Made by a program: the position numbers and the translations under genes | The notes under the pieces: generated by a model | The model's input: only the letters and a program-made list of their open reading frames with translations | Database searches by the model: none | What the model was told of the DNA's origin: nothing | In this document: positions 17,949 through 26,682 of the stretch, in pieces | Numbering within the stretch: position 1 is the first letter of the stretch | How the letters are laid out: every line of letters begins with the position of its first letter | DNA from: Acinetobacter wanghuae | Lineage (GTDB): Bacteria; Pseudomonadota; Gammaproteobacteria; Pseudomonadales; Moraxellaceae | Direction of reading: 5' to 3' | Assembly: GCF_009557235.1 (NCBI RefSeq) | Contig: NZ_CP045650.1 | Span: forward strand, 2,520,001 to 2,552,000 | Length of the DNA: 32,000 bases

Positions 17949-19805
17949 TCAAGCTAAATAATGTGAGGCAATTTGATAAGTCAGGAATGACATGATATAG
18001 GCCAAACCAAACAAATAAATCGTCATGAAGCTTACTGTTTTCCAAGAGCCTGTTTCACGTTTTACCGTTGCCAGTGTTGCCAAACAATGCGGTGCATAAA
18101 TAAACCAGACTAATAGTGATAATCCTGTCGCAACCGACCAACTTAAATCACCACCGTTACTGATTAAAGAGACCAAACCTTCTGACATGGCATCTTCATC
18201 GACAGCCGATAAAGCATAAACAGTACCTAAGGCTGCAACCACAACTTCACGTGCAGCCATAGCAGGAATTAAGGCAATACAAATCTGCCAGTTAAAACCA
18301 AGCGGCGCAAAAATTGGTTGAATTAAATGACCTAGCATCCCAGCAAATGAATAATCAATGGCGGGTAAGGTCGCGCCATCTGGTGCTTGTGGGAAAGTAC
18401 ACAAGAACCATAGTAAAATTGATAAAGCGAAGATGATGCCACCGACACGACGCAAGAAAATCTTGGCACGGTCTAATAAACCAATCCAGATATTTTTCAA
18501 ATCTGGGAAACGGTAACTCGGCAATTCCATCAACAGCATTTGTTGAGTCTTATCTTTATTGAAAAACTTCAAGACAAATGACACCAACAATGCGCTGACG
18601 ATACCTGCCATATACAAGCCAAACAACACCAAGCCTTGCAGGTTTAAGAAGCCTAAAACTGTGGTCGATGGAATAAAAGCAGCAATTAACAGCGCATAGA
18701 CTGGTAGACGCGCAGAACACGTCATTAAAGGTGCGACTAAAATTGTGGTTAAACGATCTCGCGGATCACTAATGGTACGCGATGCCATAATCCCCGGAAT
18801 CGCACAAGCAAAACTCGACAATAATGGAATAAAGGCACGACCTGACAGCCCGGCTTTATACATGAGTTTATCAAGCAGAAATGCAGCACGTGGTAAATAA
18901 CCTGATTCTTCTAAAACTAAAATGAAGAAGAATAAAATTAAGATCTGCGGTAAGAACACTACCACACCACCCGCACCTGCAATGACACCATCCACCACTA
19001 AGCTGTTGAGTAAAGGATGTGAAATCACAGCGCTGACTGATTCACCAAACCAACCAAAGAAGCTTTCAATTCCGTCCATAAAGGGTGCTGCCCAAGCAAA
19101 GACCGCTTGGAAAATCACGAACATCATCAGCGCGAGGCTCATTAAGCCAAGCACAGGATGCAAAAATATTTTGTCTAGGAATTCAGTCCGTTTATCTTCG
19201 GCATCCATGAAATTAACCACATCTTTTAAAATGCTATGCACTTTTTGATGTGAGTCACCGCTTAAACCAGTCATTTCAGTTTGTGGTACTGCGTATTTGG
19301 CTTGATCTAGGGCATTTAATAAGCCTTCAATGCCTGAATTACGCACTGCCACCGTTTCAACCACAGGAATACCCAAACGCTGCGATAGTTTTTGGGTATT
19401 GATTTGAATACCACGACGGCGCGCTTCGTCCATCATATTTAACACAAGCAAAACAGGACGTTTCAGTTCGATCATTTCTAAGACCAAACCCAAATGCAAT
19501 TTTAAATTGGTGGCATCAACCACACATAAAAATGCATCTTGCTGCCCTTCGTCGGCAATTTTTCCCTGTACCACATCACGGGTAATCGCTTCATCGGGAC
19601 TTGTTGCATCTAAGCTATAGGTTCCCGGTAAGTCCAAGACACGAACAGCTTTGCCTGAAGGCAGATTAAATTGACCGACTTTACGTTCAACCGTCACACC
19701 CGCATAGTTACCAACTTTCTGACGTGTACCCGTTAAATGATTGAATAATGAAGTTTTACCACAGTTAGGGTTACCGACAAGGGCAATACGTAAGGCATCA
19801 CTCAT
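17949..19805 (-). CDS. feoB: Ferrous iron transporter FeoB
   Basis: 618-aa ORF with an N-terminal G-domain (GNPNCGKTSLFN, DLPGTYSL, NMMD) followed by a polytopic permease. The ATG overlaps the feoA stop as ATGA. Confidence 0.93.
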   Translation of the reverse strand: MSDALRIALVGNPNCGKTSLFNHLTGTRQKVGNYAGVTVERKVGQFNLPSGKAVRVLDLPGTYSLDATSPDEAITRDVVQGKIADEGQQDAFLCVVDATNLKLHLGLVLEMIELKRPVLLVLNMMDEARRRGIQINTQKLSQRLGIPVVETVAVRNSGIEGLLNALDQAKYAVPQTEMTGLSGDSHQKVHSILKDVVNFMDAEDKRTEFLDKIFLHPVLGLMSLALMMFVIFQAVFAWAAPFMDGIESFFGWFGESVSAVISHPLLNSLVVDGVIAGAGGVVVFLPQILILFFFILVLEESGYLPRAAFLLDKLMYKAGLSGRAFIPLLSSFACAIPGIMASRTISDPRDRLTTILVAPLMTCSARLPVYALLIAAFIPSTTVLGFLNLQGLVLFGLYMAGIVSALLVSFVLKFFNKDKTQQMLLMELPSYRFPDLKNIWIGLLDRAKIFLRRVGGIIFALSILLWFLCTFPQAPDGATLPAIDYSFAGMLGHLIQPIFAPLGFNWQICIALIPAMAAREVVVAALGTVYALSAVDEDAMSEGLVSLISNGGDLSWSVATGLSLLVWFIYAPHCLATLATVKRETGSWKTVSFMTIYLFGLAYIMSFLTYQIASHYLA

Positions 19806-20062
19806 GCCAAGGCTCCATCTTCAATTTCAATTTTTTCTGCCTCAGACTTACGCAGTGCAAAACGAGTAAAACCCACTTGGATTAAAATCGGATCACCGCC
19901 AAAAATACCTTTGGTAATCACTTGTATCTGTGTACCAGCTACAAATCCTAAAGTTTCTAAGCGACTCGCCACCATATCAGAGTGGGTACCTTGGCCATCA
20001 GTAGCTCGATTCACTTTTCGAATGATGGCAGTTTGTTTTGCTTTCAGATCGGACAAACGCAC
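19802..20062 (-). CDS. feoA: Ferrous iron transport protein FeoA
   Basis: SH3-like FeoA pattern (RLSDLKAKQTAIIRKV...LETLGFVAGTQIQV...GDPILIQV). I chose the GTG at 20062 (86 aa), with AGGA 9 nt upstream. The Fur box and -10 lie inside the longer 110-aa ORF-track version. Confidence 0.85.
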   Translation of the reverse strand: MRLSDLKAKQTAIIRKVNRATDGQGTHSDMVASRLETLGFVAGTQIQVITKGIFGGDPILIQVGFTRFALRKSEAEKIEIEDGALA

Positions 20063-20098
20063 CGTGAAAATTCCTAAACGATTTCGTACAGTATACAA

Positions 20099-20117
20099 AC
20101 AAATGAGAATAATTAAC
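20099..20117 (-). promoter_or_regulatory. Fur box overlapping the feoA promoter
   Basis: ACAAATGAGAATAATTAAC matches the 19-bp consensus GATAATGATAATCATTATC at 13/19, with a 13/16 core. On the minus strand a TATACT -10 follows directly at 20095-20090. Confidence 0.6.
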
Positions 20118-20241
20118 AAATAAGGTTGAGTCACATTCTGACTTTTCTCAACTCTTGATCGACATCAAAGCTAAATTCCACTACATTGAAGCGGAAACAT
20201 CACAAAAAGTATGTGCCTAAAGCACCTTTAAAAAGACCCTT

Positions 20242-21159
20242 ATGCTGAACAAAAAACCTCGTCTGCCCGCTCCCGTTCAAATTCCTGAATCTTCAAGCTA
20301 TTTACAAGGTTTTAGAGATTATCTGATTGCACAAACGGTAAGCCCGCATACCCGTAATGCGTATTTGTCCGATTTAATTCAATGTAGTGAATGCCTAACG
20401 AAACCGTTAACAGATTGGAATCATGATGATATTTCCGATGTGCTGATCGAACTCACAAAAAAACAAAAAAGCCCGCGATCCATCGCAAGATCTTTATCTG
20501 CATTACGCTCGTTTTATAAATTCTTACGTGAACAAAAATTGCGTAGCGATAATCCCGTTGCCGCGCATAAAACCCCAAAATTAGGACGCGCTTTGCCTAA
20601 AGATATTTCTGAAGCGGATGTTGAAGCCTTAATTCAAGCACCTGATATCAATACCGCGCTTGGTTTACGTGATCGTGCCATGTTTGAGGTGCTATATGCC
20701 TGCGGTTTACGTGTATCTGAACTGATTAATCTGCGCTTAGATTTGATTAATTTAAAACAAGGTTACTTACGTATTATTGGTAAAGGCAATAAAGAACGTC
20801 TTGTACCCATGGGACAAATGGCATGTGAATGGGTAGAGAAATATCTGAATGAAGGACGCTCACAATTATATAAATCAGCAACCGATTATCTGTTTTTAAC
20901 CCAACATGGCGGCATTATGAGTCGTCAGAATTTTTGGTATGCCATTAAGCGCTATGCCCTACAAGCAGGTATTCAAGCTGAGCTTTCCCCACATACCATG
21001 CGCCATGCCTTTGCCACACATTTACTCAATCATGGTGCGGACTTACGTGTCGTACAGATGCTTTTAGGTCACAGCGATTTATCGACCACTCAGATTTACA
21101 CCCATGTCGCCCAAGTACGTATGCAGCAACTCCATGCTCAACATCATCCGCGTGCTTAA
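20242..21159 (+). CDS. xerD: Site-specific tyrosine recombinase XerD
   Basis: 305-aa ORF with catalytic motifs ACGLRVSEL, HTMRHAFATHLL and LGHSDLSTTQIYTHV. It sits in the xerD-dsbC-hom-thrC arrangement known from Pseudomonas. Confidence 0.9.
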   Translation: MLNKKPRLPAPVQIPESSSYLQGFRDYLIAQTVSPHTRNAYLSDLIQCSECLTKPLTDWNHDDISDVLIELTKKQKSPRSIARSLSALRSFYKFLREQKLRSDNPVAAHKTPKLGRALPKDISEADVEALIQAPDINTALGLRDRAMFEVLYACGLRVSELINLRLDLINLKQGYLRIIGKGNKERLVPMGQMACEWVEKYLNEGRSQLYKSATDYLFLTQHGGIMSRQNFWYAIKRYALQAGIQAELSPHTMRHAFATHLLNHGADLRVVQMLLGHSDLSTTQIYTHVAQVRMQQLHAQHHPRA

Positions 21160-21257
21160 GTCGCTTTCAGACGGCGCGTACACAGAAGTTTGACGTGAGC
21201 ATTGTTTTTTTTGCTATGCTAGCTGTCTATTTTCGTCTAAGCAAAAAAGGGTCATTT

Positions 21258-22073
21258 ATGGCATTTGCCCGCTCTAAAGTTTTTGTTGCGTGTACACTTG
21301 CTCTTGGCATGGGATTAAGCGCATGTTCCAATTCAAATAATGAAGATAAAAAACAAACGACCTTAACGGCAAGCGCACCTGCGACAGGTGAAGCATCTAC
21401 CCTGACTGAACGAAATGCCCAGCAACGCTTAAGCTCTAACTTAGAAAAGAATTTTAAAACTGCCGGTATCAAAGCAAAAATTACCGAGATTAAAGCGACC
21501 GAAGTACCGAACCTATTTTGGGTGAGCCTCGAAGGGATGACATCTGTGTATGCGACCAGTGATGGCAAATACATCTTCCAAGGTGATGTGATTCGTTTAG
21601 GTGATAAAGCGCTCTATAACGTCAGCGAAAACCTGCAAGCAGATGTGACGAAAAAGCAATTTGCAGCGTTAAACGCTAAAGATCTTTTGATTTACCCTGC
21701 GAAAGGCAAAGCCAAGCATGTGATCTATGTCTTTACCGATGTGAGCTGTCCGTATTGTCATAAATTCCATGAGCAAATGGATGAGATGAACGCCAAAGGC
21801 ATTGAAGTCCGTTATATCGCTTGGCCACGTGGCGAGCAACATATGCCAGCCATGGAAGCAATTTGGTGTAGTGCCGATCGTCGTCGCGCATTCGATACTG
21901 CAATTGCAGGTGGACAAATTGCAGGGGCTGCAAACTGTCAAAATCCAGTCAAAGATCAGTACCAAATGGGGCTGAATATTGGCGTAAATGGCACACCTGG
22001 CGTGTATAGCTCAGAAGGTTTATACCTCGGTGGCTACATGACGACAGCTGAATTATTGGAACGCCTTAAATAA
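21258..22073 (+). CDS. dsbC: Thiol:disulfide interchange protein DsbC (with lipoprotein-type signal)
   Basis: Thioredoxin fold with an active site CPYC (FTDVSCPYCHKF) and GTPG near the C-terminus. I prefer the ATG at 21258 with AAGGG 6 nt upstream. The signal peptide ends LGMGLSAC. Confidence 0.85.
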   Translation: MAFARSKVFVACTLALGMGLSACSNSNNEDKKQTTLTASAPATGEASTLTERNAQQRLSSNLEKNFKTAGIKAKITEIKATEVPNLFWVSLEGMTSVYATSDGKYIFQGDVIRLGDKALYNVSENLQADVTKKQFAALNAKDLLIYPAKGKAKHVIYVFTDVSCPYCHKFHEQMDEMNAKGIEVRYIAWPRGEQHMPAMEAIWCSADRRRAFDTAIAGGQIAGAANCQNPVKDQYQMGLNIGVNGTPGVYSSEGLYLGGYMTTAELLERLK

Positions 22074-22125
22074 CTCGTTTTAATAGGTTATTTTACTTAT
22101 TTTTATACCTCAAAGATATTGTGAG

Positions 22126-22152
22126 ATCGCGCTAGAGTCAGCGCGATTTTTT
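22126..22152 (+). terminator. Rho-independent terminator after dsbC
   Basis: ATCGCGC-tagagtca-GCGCGAT followed by TTTTTT. Confidence 0.75.
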
Positions 22153-22201
22153 AGCTATGATCTAGCTTCTCGTAAAAAATTGAATATATTTGGAGTGTGA
22201 C

Positions 22202-23506
22202 GTGAAACCAGTTCGTCTGGCAATCCTCGGTCTTGGTACTGTGGGTGGTGGTGCCCTTAAACTATTAAAAGAAAATGCTGCTGAGATTAGACGTCGCACC
22301 GGTCGTGAAATCCAAATTACCCATGTGGGGACACGTCGTCCTCGTCCTGATTTAGATCTACCTGAATCTGTTCAACAAAGCGCTGACTTACTCAGCATTG
22401 TGCGTCAACCTGATGTCGATGTGGTGGTTGAAGTCATGGGTGGTATTCACCCTGCTTATGAAGTGATTAAAGAAGCGATTTTGCACGGTAAGCAAATTGT
22501 AACTGCGAACAAAGCTTTGCTTGCGGAACATGGGAATGAACTCTTTAAACTTGCAGATGATAACGCTGTGCAAATTGCATACGAGGCAGCGGTTGCAGGT
22601 GGTATTCCAATTATTAAAGTCATGCGTGAAGGTTTGGCTGCCAATAAAATTGATTGGTTAGCAGGTATTATTAACGGAACAGGCAATTTTATTTTGACTG
22701 AGATGCGTGACAAAGGTCGTGCTTTCGCGGACGTGTTGGCTGAAGCGCAAGAACTTGGTTATGCAGAAGCAGATCCAACCTTTGACGTTGAAGGGATTGA
22801 TGCTGCCCACAAACTGACTTTGCTTGCCTCAATTGCCTTTGGTATTCCATTACAGTTTGACAAAGTCTTTACAGAAGGTATCAGCAAAATTACCGCACAA
22901 GATGTAAAATATGCTGAAGATTTAGGCTTCCGTATTAAGCATTTGGGTATTGCGAAACGTGCTGAAAAAGGGATTGAACTGCGTGTTCATCCGACTTTAA
23001 TTCCTGAAGATCAACTCATTGCCAATGTGAATGGCGTTAAAAATGCCGTTCTTGTCCATGCCAATGCGGTAGGTCCAACGCTTTATTACGGCGCAGGTGC
23101 AGGCGCAGGTCCAACAGCCTCTGCTGTGGTTGCTGACGTAGTCGATATTGTTCGTGATATTTCCTATACCGAAGATGGTGCAGGTACGATCCCACAATTG
23201 GCGTTCGAAAATCTGACTGACTTGCCTATTTTAAGTCGTGAAGAAATGACGACTGGATATTACATCCGCATTAATGCTGAAGACCAAATGGGTGTCTTAG
23301 CGAATGTGACCTCTATTTTAAGCAATGCGGGTATTAGCATTGATGCAATCATGCAGCAGCCACGCTTAAAAGACCTTATTCCTATCGTGATCATGACAGA
23401 TCCTGTTGTTGAATCGAAAATGGATGAAGCGTTAAAACAAATTCAATCACTTCCTGTCATTCATGGCGAAATTGTACGAATTCGTTTAGAATCGCTTGAA
23501 AATTAA
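22202..23506 (+). CDS. hom: Homoserine dehydrogenase
   Basis: N-terminal NAD-binding ILGLGTVGGG, a central catalytic domain (NGTGNFILTEM, YAEADPTFDVEGIDAAHKL) and a C-terminal ACT domain. GTG start at 22202 with TGGAG 6 nt upstream. Confidence 0.92.
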   Translation: MKPVRLAILGLGTVGGGALKLLKENAAEIRRRTGREIQITHVGTRRPRPDLDLPESVQQSADLLSIVRQPDVDVVVEVMGGIHPAYEVIKEAILHGKQIVTANKALLAEHGNELFKLADDNAVQIAYEAAVAGGIPIIKVMREGLAANKIDWLAGIINGTGNFILTEMRDKGRAFADVLAEAQELGYAEADPTFDVEGIDAAHKLTLLASIAFGIPLQFDKVFTEGISKITAQDVKYAEDLGFRIKHLGIAKRAEKGIELRVHPTLIPEDQLIANVNGVKNAVLVHANAVGPTLYYGAGAGAGPTASAVVADVVDIVRDISYTEDGAGTIPQLAFENLTDLPILSREEMTTGYYIRINAEDQMGVLANVTSILSNAGISIDAIMQQPRLKDLIPIVIMTDPVVESKMDEALKQIQSLPVIHGEIVRIRLESLEN

Positions 23507-23562
23507 TCGGGTTGAGGGGTTCACGCTCCTCTCCAAGCACTACATATAATTGGAACATCATC

Positions 23563-24702
23563 ATGTCGAATGCCAATCGTTATACTGGTTTAGTTGACCG
23601 CTATCGCGACCGTTTACCAGTGTCTGCAACAACTCGCGCAATTTCACTCGGCGAAGGAAACACGCCACTGATTAAGCTCGAGAACATTCCACGCATTATT
23701 GGCAAAAATGTTGAAATTTATGTGAAGTACGAGGGCTTAAACCCGACTGGTTCATTTAAAGACCGTGGTATGACCATGGCTGTAACAAAAGCCGTTGAAG
23801 AAGGTTCTAAAGCGATTATCTGTGCCTCTACAGGCAATACCTCTGCTGCGGCTGCGGCTTATGCTGCCCGTGCAGGTATCAAAGCGTTTGTTTTAATCCC
23901 AGAAGGCAAAATTGCCATGGGTAAAATGGCGCAAGCAATGATGTACGGTGCAATCACGATGCAAATTCGTGGTAACTTCGATGACGGTATGCGCTTAGTT
24001 AAAGAAATTGCAGATAAAGCACCGGTAACGATTGTAAACTCAATCAACCCGTACCGTTTACAAGGTCAAAAAACCATTGCTTACGAAATTGTTGAAGCGC
24101 TAGGTCGTGCACCAGATTACCACTGCCTACCTGTTGGTAACGCAGGTAACATCACTGCACACTGGATGGGTTATACCGAAGCAGTTGCAAATCAGCCAAA
24201 AGAACAATTTGAGCAAGTCGTTTACGATGCTGCAACTGATGCCTTCACAGGTCCTAAGCCTGCGGGCTTGCCAATTATGGCAGGTTATCAAGCATCTGGT
24301 GCTGCACCTTTCCTTCGCGGTGCGCCTGTAGAAAATCCAGAAACTGTGGCAACAGCAATCCGTATTGGTAACCCACAAAGCTGGAACCATGCGAAAGCCG
24401 TTGTACGTGATTCTAAAGGTTGGTTCGATGAATTGACTGATGCTGAAATCTTAGAAGCACAACGTTTGCTTTCTATGTATGAAGGCGTATTTGTAGAACC
24501 TGCGTCTGCTGCTTCTGTTGGTGGTGCAATCCGTGATATCAAAGCAGGTAAAATTGCTGAAGGTTCTGTAATTGTATGTACGGTTACAGGTAACGGTCTA
24601 AAAGATCCAGATACTGCAATCAAACAATGTTCTGATGCTGTCATGTTGTCAATTGATGCGACTTTAGAACAAGTGCGTGATTCAATTCTATCAAATATGT
24701 AA
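23563..24702 (+). CDS. thrC: Threonine synthase
   Basis: PLP-lysine motif NPTGSFKDRG and STGNTSAAAAAYA. It lies downstream of hom. I prefer the ATG at 23563 (MSNANRYTG). The ORF track starts at a TTG at 23512. Confidence 0.92.
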   Translation: MSNANRYTGLVDRYRDRLPVSATTRAISLGEGNTPLIKLENIPRIIGKNVEIYVKYEGLNPTGSFKDRGMTMAVTKAVEEGSKAIICASTGNTSAAAAAYAARAGIKAFVLIPEGKIAMGKMAQAMMYGAITMQIRGNFDDGMRLVKEIADKAPVTIVNSINPYRLQGQKTIAYEIVEALGRAPDYHCLPVGNAGNITAHWMGYTEAVANQPKEQFEQVVYDAATDAFTGPKPAGLPIMAGYQASGAAPFLRGAPVENPETVATAIRIGNPQSWNHAKAVVRDSKGWFDELTDAEILEAQRLLSMYEGVFVEPASAASVGGAIRDIKAGKIAEGSVIVCTVTGNGLKDPDTAIKQCSDAVMLSIDATLEQVRDSILSNM

Positions 24703-24725
24703 GTTTATTTGATCATCTAAGCATT

Positions 24726-24755
24726 AAAAAAACCCTGCTCTGGCAGGGTTTTTTT
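24726..24755. terminator. Bidirectional rho-independent terminator between thrC and pbpG
   Basis: AAAAAAA-CCCTGC-tctg-GCAGGG-TTTTTTT. Confidence 0.85.
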
Positions 24756-24767
24756 ATGCAGATGTTT

Positions 24768-25817
24768 TTAAATATTTTTCGGTAAATGACTGACCCAATT
24801 CATTAAACGTACAGCATCATTGGTACGTGAGGCAGAGGTATCGGCACCTAATAATATCACCGCAACAGGACGGTTATTTAATGTCGTGTGCATGACCACA
24901 CAACGCCCTGCTTCATTAATAAAACCTGTTTTTGAAATATTAATGTTGTAACCACCATTACGTACTAAAGCATTGGTATTGTTCGATGGCAACACACGAT
25001 ATCCTAAATTGAAGTCATAACGCGGTGTGGTTGAGAACTGACGAATCACACCGTATTGCGAAGCAACATTGACTAAAATCCCTAAATCACGCGCAGAAGA
25101 GACATTGCCCGGATGTAGGCCTGTCGATTCAACATAATGAGTTGAATTCATGCCCAAAGCTTTGGCTTTTTTATTCATTGCCGCATAGAACGCACTGCGA
25201 CCACCCGGATAGGTACGTGCCAATGCTGATGCTGCAGGGTTTTCAGATTTCATTAAGGCAAATAATAAAACCTCAGCACGATTCATCGTATCGCCCACAC
25301 GAAGCGTTGAACTAGAACTCTTACAACCTGAACATGAAAAATCCCCTTGTTGCAGGGTGATTTTTTCATTCATGTTTAAACGGGCATCTGAGGTGACTAC
25401 TGCGGTCATGAGTTTAGTAATTGATGCTATTGGCAATGCTCTATTCGAGTTCTTGCTATACAGGACTTCACCTGTTTGTGCATCCATGACCAAAGCCGCA
25501 CGTGCGCTGACGGAAGGTTGATTGGTATAATTTTTAGTATCCAAAATTTGGATTTTTTTAGCGGGCTCTTGAACCGTTACTCCGTTACTACTACGAATAG
25601 ATGTCGTCACCGTAGTCGAGCCCAACGGTGATGGTTCATCAAGCGCATCACCACCATCATTTAAAAACTGATTCGCATCTTCAGAAGACCAGCTAATCGC
25701 ACTTTGCTGACTGCTGGAAGTTGAGTTCATCGTCAACTCAGCAAAACTGGTTGAACTCATACCGACGAGAATGGAAAGCCCTAATACATGCAACAGTGGC
25801 GCGGTTGTTTTTTTCAC
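24768..25817 (-). CDS. pbpG: D-alanyl-D-alanine endopeptidase/carboxypeptidase (PBP7/8 class, S11 peptidase)
   Basis: Active-site motifs SITK (IASITKLMT), SEN (MKSENPAA) and KTG (SKTGFINEAG), with an N-terminal signal peptide. I prefer the GTG start at 25817. The ORF track extends to a TTG at 25832. Confidence 0.85.
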   Translation of the reverse strand: MKKTTAPLLHVLGLSILVGMSSTSFAELTMNSTSSSQQSAISWSSEDANQFLNDGGDALDEPSPLGSTTVTTSIRSSNGVTVQEPAKKIQILDTKNYTNQPSVSARAALVMDAQTGEVLYSKNSNRALPIASITKLMTAVVTSDARLNMNEKITLQQGDFSCSGCKSSSSTLRVGDTMNRAEVLLFALMKSENPAASALARTYPGGRSAFYAAMNKKAKALGMNSTHYVESTGLHPGNVSSARDLGILVNVASQYGVIRQFSTTPRYDFNLGYRVLPSNNTNALVRNGGYNINISKTGFINEAGRCVVMHTTLNNRPVAVILLGADTSASRTNDAVRLMNWVSHLPKNI

Positions 25818-26032
25818 AATTCTTTCTCTCAACTGACCGAGGTAAGATTCATTTGCCTATTACCTCTAATATGCCTTACATTTAGACACAATGCCGAACA
25901 TTTTTTGTTCCAATCACTGTAAATGTAATTAAATTTAGATGAAGAATAGCATTGCTAATTTTGTCGTTTCATTGCAAGCTTATTTTGCGATATGTAACAA
26001 AAAAATGAAAATTTAAAAGAGGGAGAGTGTAC

Positions 26033-26668
26033 GTGATCACAGTTTTAGTTGTAGATGACCATGAATTAGTGCGCACTGGGATTTGTCGAATGCTCGAAGA
26101 CCACGCAGATGTTCAGGTTGTTGGACAAGCTGAATCTGGTGAAGAAGCGATTGCCCTCGTTCGCCAACATCATCCGAATGTTGTGCTACTTGATGTAAAT
26201 ATGCCGGGCATTGGCGGTGTGGAAACCACGCGTCGACTGTTACAAACTGCACCTGAAACCAAGGTTTTAGCTGTGAGCGGCTTAGCTGAAGAACCTTATC
26301 CTTCATTATTATTAAAAGCAGGTGCGAAAGGCTATATCACCAAAGGTGCACCTGTTACTGAAATGGTTCGTGCCATTAATAAAGTCGTACAAGGTGGTAA
26401 ATATTTCAGTGCTGATATTGCCGAACAATTGGCAAGTTCTTATTTATCAGACACTCAGCAGTCCCCATTTGATGCTTTGTCGGAACGTGAAATGCAAGTC
26501 GCAATGATGGTCGTCAATTGTATCAGCGCCCAAGAAATTGCCGATAAACTCTTTGTCAGCGTCAAAACCGTCAATACCTATCGTTATCGTATTTTTGAAA
26601 AACTCAATATTGATAGTGACGTGAAACTGACTCATTTAGCGATGCGCTATGGCTTAATTAAACCTTAA
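26033..26668 (+). CDS. gacA: GacA/UvrY-type LuxR-family response regulator
   Basis: Receiver domain (VLVVDDHELVR, LLDVNMPG, KGAKGYITK) plus a LuxR HTH (LSEREMQVAMMV...VSVKTVNTYRYRIFEKL). I prefer the GTG at 26033, 5 nt after GGGAGAG. An alternative GTG is at 26027. Confidence 0.85.
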   Translation: MITVLVVDDHELVRTGICRMLEDHADVQVVGQAESGEEAIALVRQHHPNVVLLDVNMPGIGGVETTRRLLQTAPETKVLAVSGLAEEPYPSLLLKAGAKGYITKGAPVTEMVRAINKVVQGGKYFSADIAEQLASSYLSDTQQSPFDALSEREMQVAMMVVNCISAQEIADKLFVSVKTVNTYRYRIFEKLNIDSDVKLTHLAMRYGLIKP

Positions 26669-26682
26669 GTCGGCGCGCGCCT

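Noticed and set aside
17914-18045. A 44-codon N-terminal extension of the Cys-rich feo-associated ORF that overlaps feoB. Analogous long-start versions exist for murD (17548), thrC (23512), dsbC (21195), hom (22190), cpdA (12116) and the HlyD gene (1489).
   Set aside because: Internal ATG or GTG starts have proper RBS spacing and reproduce the canonical N-termini of the families. The extensions overlap upstream genes or begin at weak TTG or GTG codons.
20242-21159. A tyrosine recombinase that could mark an integrated mobile element
   Set aside because: The sequence and the xerD-dsbC-hom-thrC synteny identify it as the housekeeping XerD. There are no flanking direct repeats, tRNA gene, phage or IS genes, or composition break nearby.
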